The notes under the pieces are model-generated. The model made no database searches. It worked only from the letters and a program-made list of their open reading frames with translations, and was not told where the DNA came from. This document shows positions 24,601-37,999 of a stretch of DNA of 64,000 nt, piece by piece. Position 1 is the first letter of the stretch; each line of letters starts with the position of its first letter. Origin of the DNA: Eledone cirrhosa (Eukaryota); assembly GCA_964016885.1 (NCBI GenBank), contig OZ024747.1, positions 29,574,001-29,638,000 of the forward strand, written 5' to 3'. A program made the position numbers and the translations under genes.

Positions 24601-26925
24601 ATAATATCCAGCCGTCCAAGGAGACATATTTTCCAGCCGTCCAAGGAGAGGTAATTTCTAGCCGTCCAAGGGGAGATAAGTTCCAGCCTCCAAGGGGAGA
24701 TAATTTCCAGCCAGCCAAGGGGAGATAATTTGTAAAAAAATCAGGGGGAGATAATTTGTAAAAAAAAAATCAGGGGGAGATAATTTGTAAAAAAATCAGG
24801 GGGAGATAATTTGTAAAAAAAAAATCAGGGGGAGATAATTTGTAAAAAAAATCAGGGGGAGATAATTTGTAAAAAAAATCAGGGGTAGATAATTTGTAAA
24901 AAAAATCAGGGGGAGATAATTTGTAAAAAAAATCAGGGGTAGATAATTTTCAGCCGTCCAAGGGGAGATAATTTCCATCCTTCCAAGGGGAGATAATTTC
25001 CAGCCGTCCAAGGAGAGATAATTTCCCGCCAGCCAAGGAGAGATAACATTTAAAAAAATCAGGCGGAGATAATTTGTAAAAAAAATCAGGGGGAGATAAT
25101 TTGTAAAAAAATCAGGGGGAGATAATTTGTAAAAAAAATCAGGGGTAGATAATTTCCAGCCGTCCAAGGGGAGATAATTTCCATCCTTCCAAGGGGAGAT
25201 AATTTCCAGCCGTCCAAGGGGAGATAATTTCCCGCCAGCCAAGGAGAGATAATATTTAAAAAAATCAGGCGGAGATAATTTGTAAAAAAAATCAGGGGGA
25301 GATAATTTGTAAAAAAATCAGGGGGAGATAATTTGTAAAAGAAAATCAGGGGGAGATAATTTGTAAAAAAAATCAGGGGGAGATAATTTGTAAAAAAAAA
25401 TCAGGGGTAGATAATTTGTAAAAAAAAATCAGGGGGAGATAATTTGTAAAAAAAAAATCAGGGGGAGATAATTTGTAAAAAAATCAAGGGGAGATAATTT
25501 CCAGCCGTCCAAGGGGAGATAATTTTCAGCCGTCCAAGTAGAGGTAATTTCTAGCCGTCCAAGGGGAGATAATTTCCAGCCGTCCAAGGGGAGATAATTT
25601 TTTTAAAAAAATCAGGCGGAGATAATTTGTAAACAAAAATCAGGGGGAGATAATTTATAAAAAAAATCAGGGGGAGATAATTTGTAAAAAAAAATCAGGG
25701 GGAGATAATTTGTAAAAAAATTCAAGGGGAGATAATTTCCAGCCGTCCAAGGGGAGGTAATATCTAGCCATCCAAGGGGAGATAATTTCCAGCCGTCCAA
25801 GGGGAGATAATTTTTTAAAAAAAATCAGGCGGAGATAATTTGTAAACAAAAATCAGGGGGAGATAATTTGTAAAAAAAAATCAGGGGGAGATAATTTGTA
25901 AAAAAAAAATCAGGGGGTGATAATTTGTAAAAAAATCAAGGGGAGATAATTTCCAGCCGTCCAAGGGGAGATAATTTTCAGCCGTCCAAGGAGAGGTAAT
26001 TTCTAGCCGTCCAAGGGGAGATTATTTCCAGCCAGCCAAGGGGAGATAATTTGTAAAAAAATCAGGGGTAGATAATTTGTAAAAAAAAATCAGGGGGAGA
26101 TAATTTGTAAAAAAAATCAGGGGGAGATAATTTGTAAAAAAAATCAGGGGTAGATAATTTCCAGCCGTCCAAGGGGAGATAATTTCCATCCTTCCAAGGG
26201 GAGATAATTTCCAGCCGTCCAAGGGGAGATAATTTCCCGCCAGCCAAGGAGAGATAACATTTAAAAAAATCAGGCGGAGATAATTTGTAAAAAAAATCAG
26301 GGGGAGATAATTTGTAAAAAAATCAGGGGGAGATAATTTGTAAAAAAAAAATCAGGGGGAGATAATTTGTAAAAAAAATCAGGGCGAGATAATTTGTAAA
26401 AAAAATCAGGGGTAGATAATTTGTAAAAAAAATCAGGGGGAGATAATTTGTAAAAAAAATCAGGGGGAGATAATTTGTAAAAAAAATCAGGGGTAGATAA
26501 TTTCCAGCCGTCCAAGGGGAGATAATTTCCATCCTTCCAAGGGGAGATAATTTCCAGCCGTCCAAGGGGAGATAATTTCCCGCCAGCCAAGGAGAGATAA
26601 CATTTAAAAAAATCAGGCGGAGATAATTTGTAAAAAAAATCAGGGGGAGATAATTTGTAAAAAAATCAGGGGGAGATAATTTGTAAAAAAAATCAGGGGT
26701 AGATAATTTCCAGCCGTCCAAGGGGAGATAATTTCCATCCTTCCAAGGGGAGATAATTTCCAGCCGTCCAAGGGGAGATAATTTCCCGCCAGCCAAGGAG
26801 AGATAATATTTAAAAAAATCAGGCGGAGATAATTTGTAAAAAAAATCAGGGGGAGATAATTTGTAAAAAAATCAGGGGGAGATAATTTGTAAAAAAAAAT
26901 CAGGGGAGATAATTTGTAAAAAAAA
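12700..26925 (+). repeat. Direct tandem duplication with a 6,975-bp period (about two copies; boundaries approximate)
   Basis: Rare variants recur at +6,975: TCTCGCCG 17371/24346, TAAAAGAAAA 18361/25336, AAGTAGAGG 18561/25536, GATTATTT ~19045/~26020. ORF track gives the same offset (13241/20216, 16414/23389, 19348/26323). Confidence 0.9.
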
Positions 26926-27189
26926 TCAGGGGGAGATAATTTGTAAAAAAAATCAGGTGTAGATAATTTGTAAAAAAAAATCAGGGGGAGATAATTTGTA
27001 AAAAAAAAATCAGGGGGAGATAATTTGTAAAAAAATCAAGGGTAGATAATTTCCAGCCGTCCAAGGGGAGATAATTTTCAGCCGTCCAAGGAGGTAAATT
27101 CTAGCCGTCCAAGGGGAGATAATTTCCAGCCGTCCAAGGGGAGATAATTTTTTTAAAAAAATCAGGCGGAGATAATTTGTAAACAAAAA

Positions 27190-30100
27190 TCAGGGGGAGA
27201 TAATTTGTAAAAAAAAATCAGGGGGAGATAATTTGTAAAAAAAAATCAGGGGGAGATAATTTGTAAAAAAAATCAAGGGGAGATAATTTCCAGCCGTCCA
27301 AGGGGAGGTAATATCTAGCCATCCAAGGGGAGATAATTTCCAGCCGTCCAAGGGGAGATAATTTCCAGCCGTCCAAGGGGAGATAATATCCAGCCGTCCA
27401 AGGAGACATATTTTCCAGCCGTCCAAGGAGAGGTAATTTCTAGCCGTCCAAGGGGAGATAAGTTCCAGCCTCCAAGGGGAGATAATTTCCAGCCAGCCAA
27501 GGGGAGATAATTTGTAAAAAAATCAGGGGGAGATAATTTGTAAAAAAAAAATCAGGGGGAGATAATTTGTAAAAAAATCAGGGGGAGATAATTTGTAAAA
27601 AAAAAATCAGGGGGAGACAATTTGTAAAAAAAATCAGGGGGAGATAATTTGTAGAAAAAATCAGGGGTAGATAATTTGTAAAAAAAATCAGGGGGAGATA
27701 ATTTGTAAAAAAAATCAGGGGGAGATAATTTGTAAAAAAAATCAGGGGTAGATAATTTTCAGCCGTCCAAGGGGAGATAATTTCCATCCTTCCAAGGGGA
27801 GATAATTTCCAGCCGTCCAAGGGGAGATAATCTCCCGCCAGCCAAGGAGAGATAACATTTAAAAAAATCAGGCGGAGATAATTTGTAAAAAAAATCAGGG
27901 GGAGATAATTTGTAAAAAAATCAGGGGTAGATAATTTCCAGCCGTCCAAGGGGAGATAATTTCCATCCTTCCAAGGGGAGATAATTTCCAGCCGTCCAAG
28001 GGGAGATAATTTCCCGCCAGCCAAGGAGAGATAATATTTAAAAAAATCAGGCGGAGATAATTTGTAAAAAAAATCAGGGGGAGATAATTTGTAAAAAAAT
28101 CAGGGGGAGATAATTTGTAAAAAAAAATCAGGGGAGATAATTTGTAAAAAAAATCAGGGGGAGATAATTTGTAAAAAAAATCAGGGGTAGATAATTTGTA
28201 AAAAAAAATCAGGGGGAGATAATTTGTAAAAAAAAAATCAGGGGGAGATAATTTGTAAAAAAATCAAGGGTAGATAATTTCCAGCCGTCCAAGGGGAGAT
28301 AATTTTCAGCCGTCCAAGGAGGTAATTTCTAGCCGTCCAAGGGGAGATAATTTCCAGCCGTCCAAGGGGAGATAATTTTTTTAAAAAAATCAGGCGGAGA
28401 TAATTTGTAAACAAAAATCAGGGGGAGATAATTTGTAAAAAAAAATCAGGGGGAGATAATTTGTAAAAAAAAATCAGGGGGAGATAATTTGTAAAAAAAA
28501 TCAAGGGGAGATAATTTCCAGCCGTCCAAGGGGAGGTAATATCTAGCCATCCAAGGGGAGATAATTTCCAGCCGTCCAAGGGGAGATAATTTCCAGCCGT
28601 CCAAGGGGAGATAATATCCAGCCGTCCAAGGAGACATATTTTCCAGCCGTCCAAGGAGAGGTAATTTCTAGCCGTCCAAGGGGAGATAAGTTCCAGCCTC
28701 CAAGGGGAGATAATTTCCAGCCAGCCAAGGGGAGATAATTTGTAAAAAAATCAGGGGGAGATAATTTGTAAAAAAAAAATCAGGGGGAGATAATTTGTAA
28801 AAAAATCAGGGGGAGATAATTTGTAAAAAAAAAATCAGGGGGAGATAATTTGTAAAAAAAATCAGGGGGAGATAATTTGTAGAAAAAATCAGGGGTAGAT
28901 AATTTGTAAAAAAAATCAGGGGGAGATAATTTGTAAAAAAAATCAGGGGGAGATAATTTGTAAAAAAAATCAGGGGTAGATAATTTTCAGCCGTCCAAGG
29001 GGAGATAATTTCCATCCTTCCAAGGGGAGATAATCTCCCGCCAGCCAAGGAGAGATAACATTTAAAAAAATCAGGCGGAGATAATTTGTAAAAAAAATCA
29101 GGGGGAGATAATTTGTAAAAAAATCAGGGGGAGATAATTTGTAAAAAAAATCAGGGGTAGATAATTTCCAGCCCTCCAAGGGGAGATAATTTCCATCCTT
29201 CCAAGGGGAGATAATTTCCAGCCGTCCAAGGGGAGATAATTTCTCGCCAGCCAAGGAGAGATAATATTTAAAAAAATCAGGCGGAGATAATTTGTAAAAA
29301 AAATCAGGCGGAGATAATTTGTAAAAAAATCAGGGGGAGATAATTTGTAAAAAAAAATCAGGGGGAGATAATTTGTAAAAAAAATCAGGGGGAGATAATT
29401 TGTAAAAAAAATCAGGGGTAGATAATTTGTAAAAAAAAATCAGGGGGAGATAATTTGTAAAAAAAAAATCAGGGGGAGATAATTTGTAAAAAAATCAAGG
29501 GGAGATAATTTCCAGCCGTCCAAGGGGAGATAATTTTCAGCCGTCCAAGGAGAGGTAATTTCTAGCCGTCCAAGGGGAGATAATTTCCAGCCGTCCAAGG
29601 GGAGATAATTTTTTTAAAAAAATCAGGCGGAGATAATTTGTAAACAAAAATCAGGGGGAGATAATTTGTAAAAAAAAATCAGGGGGAGATAATTTGTAAA
29701 AAATAATCAGGGGGAGATAATTTGTAAAAAAAATCAAGGGGAGATAATTTCCAGCCGTCCAAGGGGAGGTAATATCTAGCCATCCAAGGGGAGATAATTT
29801 CCAGCCGTCCAAGGGGAGATAATTTCCAGCCGTCCAAGGGGAGATAATATCCAGCCGTCCAAGGAGACATATTTTCCAGCCGTCCAAGGAGAGGTAATTT
29901 CTAGCCGTCCAAGGGGAGATAAGTTCCAGCCTCCAAGGGGAGATAATTTCCAGCCAGCCAAGGGGAGATAATTTGTAAAAAAATCAGGGGGAGATAATTT
30001 GTAAAAAAAAAATCAGGGGCAGATAATTTGTAAAAAAATCAGGGGGAGATAATTTGTAAAAAAAAAATCAGGGGGAGATAATTTGTAAAAAAAATCAGGG

Positions 30101-31200
30101 GGAGATAATTTGTAAAAAAAATCAGGGGTAGATAATTTGTAAAAAAAATCAGGGGGAGATAATTTGTAAAAAAAATCAGGGGTAGATAATTTTCAGCCGT
30201 CCAAGGGGAGATAATTTCCATCCTTCCAAGGGGAGATAATTTCCAGCCGTCCAAGGAGAGATAATTTCCCGCCAGCCAAGGAGAGATAACATTTAAAAAA
30301 ATCAGGCGGAGATAATTTGTAAAAAAAATCAGGGGGAGATAATTTGTAAAAAAATCAGGGGGAGATAATTTGTAAAAAAAATCAGGGGTAGATAATTTCC
30401 AGCCGTCCAAGGGGAGATAATTTCCATCCTTCCAAGGGGAGATAATTTCCAGCCGTCCAAGGGGAGATAATTTCCCGCCAGCCAAGGAGAGATAATATTT
30501 AAAAAAATCAGGCGGAGATAATTTGTAAAAAAAATCAGGGGGAGATAATTTGTAAAAAAATCAGGGGGAGATAATTTGTAAAAAAAAATCAGGGGGAGAT
30601 AATTTGTAAAAAAAATCAGGGGGAGATAATTTGTAAAAAAAATCAGGGGTAGATAATTTGTAAAAAAAAATCAGGGGGAGATAATTTGTAAAAAAAAAAT
30701 CAGTGGGAGATAATTTGTAAAAAAATCAAGGGGAGATAATTTCCAGCCGTCCAAGGGGAGATAATTTTCAGCCGTCCAAGGAGAGGTAATTTCTAGCCGT
30801 CCAAGGGGAGATAATTTCCAGCCGTCCAAGGGGAGATAATTTTTTTAAAAAAATCAGGCGGAGATAATTTGTAAACAAAAATCAGGGGGAGATAATTTGT
30901 AAAAAAAAATCAGGGGGAGATAATTTGTAAAAAAAATCAGGGGGAGATAATTTGTAAAAAAAATCAAGGGGAGATAATTTCCAGCCGTCCAAGGGGAGGT
31001 AATATCTAGCCATCCAAGGGGAGATAATTTCCAGCCGTCCAAGGGGAGATAATTTCCAGCCGTCCAAGGGGAGATAATATCCAGCCGTCCAAGGAGACAT
31101 ATTTTCCAGCCGTCCAAGGAGACGTAATTTCTAGCCGTCCAAGGGGAGATAAGTTCCAGCCTCCAAGGGGAGATAATTTCCAGCCAGCCAAGGGGAGATA
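27190..31200 (+). repeat. Run of basic ~1.2-kb higher-order repeat units
   Basis: The 8-monomer B cassette (ATATCTAGCCATCC...GGAGACATATTTTCC...GATAAGTTCCAGCCTCC) recurs with spacings of about 1228, 1233 and 1230 bp (ORF ends 27426, 28654, 29887, 31117). Confidence 0.85.
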
Positions 31201-33303
31201 ATTTGGAAAAAAATTAGGGGGAGATAATTTGTAAAAAAAAATTAGGGGGAGATAATTTGTAAAAAAAAATCAGGGGGAGATAATTTGTAAAAAAAAATCA
31301 GGGGGAGATAATTTGTAAAAAGAATCAAGGGGAGATAATTTCCAGCCGTCCAAGGGGAGATAATTTTCAGCCGTCCAAGGAGAGGTAAATTCTAGCCGTC
31401 CAAGGAGATATAATTTCCAGCCGTCCAAGGGGAGATAATTTCCAGCCGTCCAAGGGGAGATAATTTTTAAAAAAAAATCAGGCGGAGATAATTTGTAAAC
31501 AAAAATCAGGGGGAGATAATTTTTAAAAAAAGAAGTCAGGGGGAGATAATTTGTAAAAAAAAATCAGGGGGAGATAATTTGTAAAAAAAATCAAGGGGAG
31601 ATAATTTCCAGCCGTCCAAGGGGAGGTAATATCTAGCCATCCAAGGGGAGATAATTTCCAGCCGTCCAAGGGGAGATAATTTCCAGCCGTCCAAGGGGAG
31701 ATAATATCCAGCCGTCCAAGGAGACATATTTTCCAGCCGTCCAAGGAGAGGTAATTTCTAGCCGTCCAAGGGGAGATAAGTTCCAGCCTCCAAGGGGAGA
31801 TAATTTCCAGCCAGCCAAGGGGAGATAATTTGTAAAAAAATCAGGGGGGAGATAATTTGTAAAAAAAATCAGGGGGAGATAATTTGAAAAAAAAAATCAG
31901 GGGGAGATAATTTGTAAAAAATATCAAGGGGAGATAATTTCCAGCCCTCCAAGGGGCTATAATTTCCAGCCGTGCAAGGGGAGATAATTTCCAGCCGTCC
32001 AAGGGGAGATAATTTCCATCCTTCCAAGGGGAGATAATTTCCAGCCGTCCAAGGGGAGATAATTTCCCGCCAGCCAAGGGAAGATAATTTTTTAAAAAAT
32101 CAGGCGGAGATTGTAAAAAAAATCAGGGGGAGATAATTTGTAAAAAAATCAGGGGGAGATAATTTGTAAAAAAAAATCAGGGGGAGATAATTTGTAAAAA
32201 AAATCAGGGGGAGATAATTTGTAAAAAAAATCAGGGGTAGATAATTTGTAAAAAAAATCAGGGGGAGATAATTTGTAAAAAAAATCAGGGGGAGATAATT
32301 TGTAAAAAAAATCAGGGGTAGATAATTTTCAGCCGTCCAAGGGGAGATAATTTCCATCCTTCCAAGGGGAGATAATTTCCAGCCGTCCAAGGGGAGATAA
32401 TTTCCCGCCAGCCAAGGAGAGATAACATTTAAAAAAATCAGGCGGAGATAATTTGTAAAAAAATCAGGGGGAGATAATTTGTAAAAAAAATCAGGGGTAG
32501 ATAATTTCCAGCCGTCCAAGGGGAGATAATTTCCATCCTTCCAAGGGGAGATAATTTCCAGCCGTCCAAGGGGAGATAATTTCCCGCCAGCCAAGGAGAG
32601 ATAATATTTAAAAAAATCAGGCGGAGATAATTTGTAAAAAAAATCAGGGGGAGATAATTTGTAAAAAAATCAGGGGGAGATAATTTGTAAAAAAAAATCA
32701 GGGGGAGATAATTTGTAAAAAAAAATCAGGGGGAGATAATTTGTAAAAAAAAATCAGGGGTAGATAATTTGTAAAAAAAAATCAGGGGGAGATAATTTGT
32801 AAAAAAAAAATCAGGGGGAGATAATTTGTAAAAAAATCAAGGGGAGATAATTTCCAGCCGTCCAAGGGGAGATAATTTTCAGCCGTCCAAGGAGAGGTAA
32901 TTTCTAGCCGTCCAAGGGGAGATAATTTCCAGCCGTCCAAGGGGAGATAATTTTTTAAAAAAAATCAGGCGGAGATAATTTGTAAACAAAAATCAGGGGG
33001 AGATAATTTGTAAAAAAAAATCAGGGGGAGATAATTTGTAAAAAAAAATCAGGGGGAGATAATTTGTAAAAAAAATCAAGGGGAGATAATTTGTAAAAAA
33101 AAATCAGGGGTAGATAATTTGTAAAAAAAAATCAGGGGGAGATAATTTGTAAAAAAAAAATCAGGGGGAGATAATTTGTAAAAAAATCAAGGGGAGATAA
33201 TTTCCAGCCGTCCAAGGGGAGATAATTTTCAGCCGTCCAAGGAGAGGTAATTTCTAGCCGTCCAAGGGGAGATAATTTCCAGCCAGCCAAGGGGAGATAA
33301 TTT

Positions 33304-35882
33304 TTTTATGGGGGGGGTCCGTTTTTTATTTGGGTACCCCGTTTTTTATTTGGGTGCCCCGTTTTTTTATGGGGGGGGTCCGTTTTTTATTTGGGTGTCC
33401 CGTTTTTTTATGGGGGGGGGTCCGTTTTTTATTTGGGTGCCCCGTTTTTTTATGGGGGGGGTCCGTTTTTTATTTGGGTACCCCGTTTTTTATTTGGGTG
33501 CCCCGTTTTTTTATGGGGGGATCCGTTTTTTATTTGGGTGCCCCGTTTTTTATTTGGGTGTCCCGTTTTTTTATGGGGGGATCCGTTTTTTATTTGGGTG
33601 CCCCGTTTTTTATGGGGGGGGGTCCGTTTTTTATTTGGGTACCCCGTTTTTTATTTGGGTGCCCCGTTTTTTTATGGGGGGGGTCCGTTTTTTATTTGGG
33701 TGCCCCGTTTTTTTATGGGGGGGTCCGTTTTTTATTTGGGTGCCCCGTTTTTTTATGGGGGGGGGTCCCGTTTTTTATTTGGGTGCCCCGTTTTTTTATG
33801 GGGGGGGGTCCGTTTTTTATTTGGGTACCCCGTTTTTTATTTGGGTGCCCCGTTTTTTTATGGGGGGGGGTCCGTTTTTTATTTGGGTGCCCCGTTTTTT
33901 ATTTGGGTGCCCCGTTTTTTTATGGGGGGGATCCGTTTTTTATTTGGGTGCCCCGTTTTATATTTGGGTGCCCCGTTTTTTATTTGGGTGCCCCGTTTTT
34001 TTATGGGGGGGTCCGTTTTTTATCTGGGTACCCCGTTTTTTATTTGGGTACCCCGTTTTTTATTTGGGTGCCCCGTTTTTTTATGGGGGGGGGGTCCGTT
34101 TTTTATTTGGGTGCCCCGTTTTTTTAATGGGGGGGGGTCCGTTTTTTATTTGGGTGCCCCGTTTTTTATTTGGGTACCCCGTTTTTTATTTGGGTGCCCC
34201 GTTTTTTATTTGGGTGCCCCGTTTTTTTATGGGGGAGTCCGTTTTTTATTTGGGTGCCCCGTTTTTTATTTGGGTACCCCGTTTTTCATTTGGGTGCCCC
34301 GTTTTTTTATGGGGGGGTCCGTTTTTTATTTGGGTGCCCCGTTTTTTTATGGGGGGGGGCCGTTTTTTATTTGGGTACCCCGTTTTTTATTTGGGTGCCC
34401 CGTTTTTTATTTGGGTACCCCGTTTTTTATTTGGGTGCCCCGTTTTTTTATGGGGGGGGGTCCGTTTTTTATTTGGGTGCCCCGTTTTTTTATGGGGGGG
34501 GTCCGTTTTTTATTTGGGTGCCCCGTTTTTTTATGGGGGGGTCCCGTTTTTTATTTGGGTGCCCCGTTTTTTTATGGGGGGGGGTCCGTTTTTTATTTGG
34601 GTACCCCGTTTTTTATTTGGGTGCCCCGTTTTTTTATGGGGGGGTCCGTTTTTTATTTGGGTGCCCCGTTTTTTTATGGGGGGGTCCGTTTTTTATCTGG
34701 GTACCCCGTTTTTTATTTGGGTACCCCGTTTTTTATTTGGGTGCCCCGTTTTTTTATGGGGGGGGGTCCGTTTTTTATTTGGGTGCCCCGACTTTTATTT
34801 GGGTGTCCCGTTTTTTTATGGGGGGGTCCCGTTTTTTATTTGGGTGCCCCGTTTTATATTTGGGTGCCCCGTTTTTTATTTGGGTGCCCCGTTTTTTTAT
34901 GGGGGGGTCCGTTTTTTATCTGGGTACCCCGTTTTTTATTTGGGTACCCCGTTTTTTTATGGGGGGGGTCCGTTTTTTATTTGGGTGCCCCGTTTTTTTA
35001 TGGGGGGGTCCCGTTTTTTATTTGGGTGCCCCGTTTTTTTATGGGGGGGGGTCCGTTTTTTATTTGGGTACCCCGTTTTTTATTTGGGTGCCCCGTTTTT
35101 TTATGGGGGGGTCCGTTTTTTATTTGGGTGCCCCGTTTTTTATTTGGGTGCCCCGTTTTTTTATGGGGGGGATCCGTTTTTTATTTGGGTGCCCCGTTTT
35201 ATATTTGGGTGCCCCGTTTTTTATTTGGGTGCCCCGTTTTTTTATGGGGGGGTCCGTTTTTTATCTGGGTACCCCGTTTTTTATTTGGGTACCCCGTTTT
35301 TTATTTGGGTGCCCCGTTTTTTTATGGGGGGGGGTCCGTTTTTTATTTGGGTGCCCCGTTTTTTTAATGGGGGGGTCCGTTTTTTATTTGGGTGCCCCGT
35401 TTTTTATTTGGGTACCCCGTTTTTTATTTGGGTGCCCCGTTTTTTTCTGGGGGGGTCCCGTTTTTTATTTGGGTGCCCCGTTTTTATATGGGGGGGGGGG
35501 GTCCGTTTTTTATTTGGGTACCCCGTTTTTTATTTGGGTGTCCCGTTTTTTTATGGGGGGATCCGTTTTTTATTTGGGTGCCCCGTTTTTTATGGGGGGG
35601 GGTCCGTTTTTTATTTGGGTACCCCGTTTTTTATTTGGGTGCCCCGTTTTTTTATGGGGGGGGTCCGTTTTTTATTTGGGTGCCCCGTTTTTTTATGGGG
35701 GGGGGGTCCGTTTTTTATTTGGGTGCCCCGTTTTTTTATGGGGGGGGTCCCGTTTTTTATTTGGGTGCCCCGTTTTTTTATGGGGGGGGTCCGTTTTTTA
35801 TTTGGGTACCCCGTTTTTTATTTGGGTGCCCCGTTTTTTTATGGGGAGGGTCCGTTTTTTATTTGGGTGCCCCGTTTTTTTA
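33304..35882 (+). repeat. T/G-rich ~20-bp satellite island, copy 2
   Basis: Same unit order, rare variants (ATCTGG, TTTAATGG, GGGGAGTCC, CGACTTTT, TTTCTGG, GGGGAGGG) and junctions as copy 1, at offset 31,923. Confidence 0.97.
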
Positions 35883-35890
35883 CAAATTAT
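35875..35890 (-). other. 16-bp inverted fragment of the A monomer at the right junction of island 2
   Basis: TTTTTTTACAAATTAT followed by T and GAGATAACATTT, identical to 3952-3980. Confidence 0.9.
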
Positions 35891-37999
35891 TGAGATAACA
35901 TTTAAAAAAATCAGGCGGAGATAATTTGTAAAAAAATCAGGGGGAGATAATTTGTAAAAAAATCAGGGGGAGATAATTTGTAAAAAAAATCAGGGGTAGA
36001 TAATTTCCAGCCGTCCAAGGGGAGATAATTTCCATCCTTCCAAGGGGAGATAATTTCCAGCCGTCCGAGGGGAGATAATTTCCCGCCAGCCAAGGAGAGA
36101 TAATATTTAAAAAAATCAGGCGGAGATAATTTGTAAAAAAAATCAGGGGGAGATAATTTGTAAAAAAATCAGGGGGAGATAATTTGTAAAAAAAAATCAG
36201 GGGAGATAATTTGTAAAAAAAATCAGGGGGAGATGATTTGTAAAAAAAAATCAGGGGTAGATAATTTGTAAAAAAAAATCAGGGGGAGATAATTTGTAAA
36301 AAAAAAATCAGGGGGAGATAATTTGTAAAAAAATCAAGGGGAGATAATTTCCAGCCGTCCAAGGGGAGATAATTTTCAGCCGTCCAAGGAGGTAATTTCT
36401 AGCCGTCCAAGGGGAGATAATTTCCAGCCGTCCAAGGGGATATAATTTTTTTTTAAAAATCAGGCGGAGATAATTTGTAAACAAAAATCAGGGGGAGATA
36501 ATTTGTAAAAAAAAATCAGGGGGAGATAATTTGTAAAAAAAAATCAGGGGGAGATAATTTGTAAAAAAAATCAAGGGGAGATAATTTCCAGCCGTCCAAG
36601 GGGAGGTAATATCTAGCCATCCAAGGGGAGATAATTTCCAGCCGTCCAAGGGGAGATAATTTCCAGCCGTCCAAGGGGAGATAATATCCAGCCGTCCAAG
36701 GAGACATATTTTCCAGCCGTCCAAGGAGAGGTAATTTCTAGCCGTCCAAGGGGAGATAAGTTCCAGCCTCCAAGGGGAGAAAATTTCCAGCCAGCCAAGG
36801 GGAGATAATTTGTAAAAAAATCAGGGGGAGATAATTTGTAAAAAAAAAATCAGGGGGAGATAATTTGTAAAAAAATCAGGGGGAGATAATTTGTAAAAAA
36901 AAAATCAGGGGGAGATAATTTGTAAAAAAAATCAGGGGGAGATAATTTGTAGAAAAAATCAGGGGTAGATAATTTGTAAAAAAAATCAGGGGGAGATAAT
37001 TTGTAAAAAAAATCAGGGGGAGATAATTTGTAAAAAAAATCAGGGGTAGATAATTTTCAGCCGTCCAAGGGGAGATAATTTCCATCCTTCCAAGGGGAGA
37101 TAATTTCCAGCCGTCCAAGGGGAGATAATTTCCCGCCAGCCAAGGAGAGATAACATTTAAAAAAATCAGGCGGAGATAATTTGTAAAAAAAATCAGGGGG
37201 AGATAATTTGTAAAAAAATCAGGGGGAGATAATTTGTAAAAAAAATCAGGGGTAGATAATTTCCAGCCGTCCAAGGGGAGATAATTTCCATCCTTCCAAG
37301 GGGAGATAATTTCCAGCCGTCCAAGGGGAGATAATTTCCCGCCAGCCAAGGAGAGATAATATTTAAAAAAATCAGGCGGAGATAATTTGTAAAAAAAATC
37401 AGGGGGAGATAATTTGTAAAAAAATCAGGGGGAGATAATTTGTAAAAAAAAATCAGGGGGAGATAATTTGTAAAAAAAATCAGGGGGAGATAATTTGTAA
37501 AAAAAATCAGGGGGAGATAATTTGTAAAAAAATCAGGGGGAGATAATTTGTAAAAAAAATCAGGGGTAGATAATTTCCAGCCGTCCAAGAGGAGATAATT
37601 TCCATCCTTCCAAGGGGAGATAATTTCCAGCCGTCCAAGGGGAGATAATTTCCCGCCAGCCAAGGAGAGATAATATTTAAAAAATCAGGCGGAGATAATT
37701 TGTAAAAAAAATCAGGGGGAGATAATTTGTAAAAAAATCAGGGGGAGATAATTTGTAAAAAAAAATCAGGGGGAGATAATTTTTAAAAAAAATCAGGGGG
37801 AGATAATTTGTAAAAAAAAATCAGGGGTAGATAATTTGTAAAAAAAAATCAGGGGGAGATAATTTGTAAAAAAAAAATCAGGGGGAGATAATTTGTAAAA
37901 AAATCAAGGGGAGATAATTTCCAGCCGTCCAAGGGGAGATAATTTTCAGCCGTCCAAGGAGAGGTAATTTCTAGCCGTCCAAGGGGAGATAATTTCCAG

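Larger units (their letters stand above)
3969..33303 (+). repeat. Main dimorphic satellite, block 2 (~29.3 kb) with higher-order repeats
   Basis: Uninterrupted A/B monomer array in a single orientation; no unique sequence seen. Confidence 0.98.

Noticed and set aside
3969-33303. CRISPR-like appearance (constant core plus variable part)
   Set aside because: The core is only 13 bp, the variable part is 12-16 bp with just two basic states repeated thousands of times, and there are no unique spacers, leader or cas genes.
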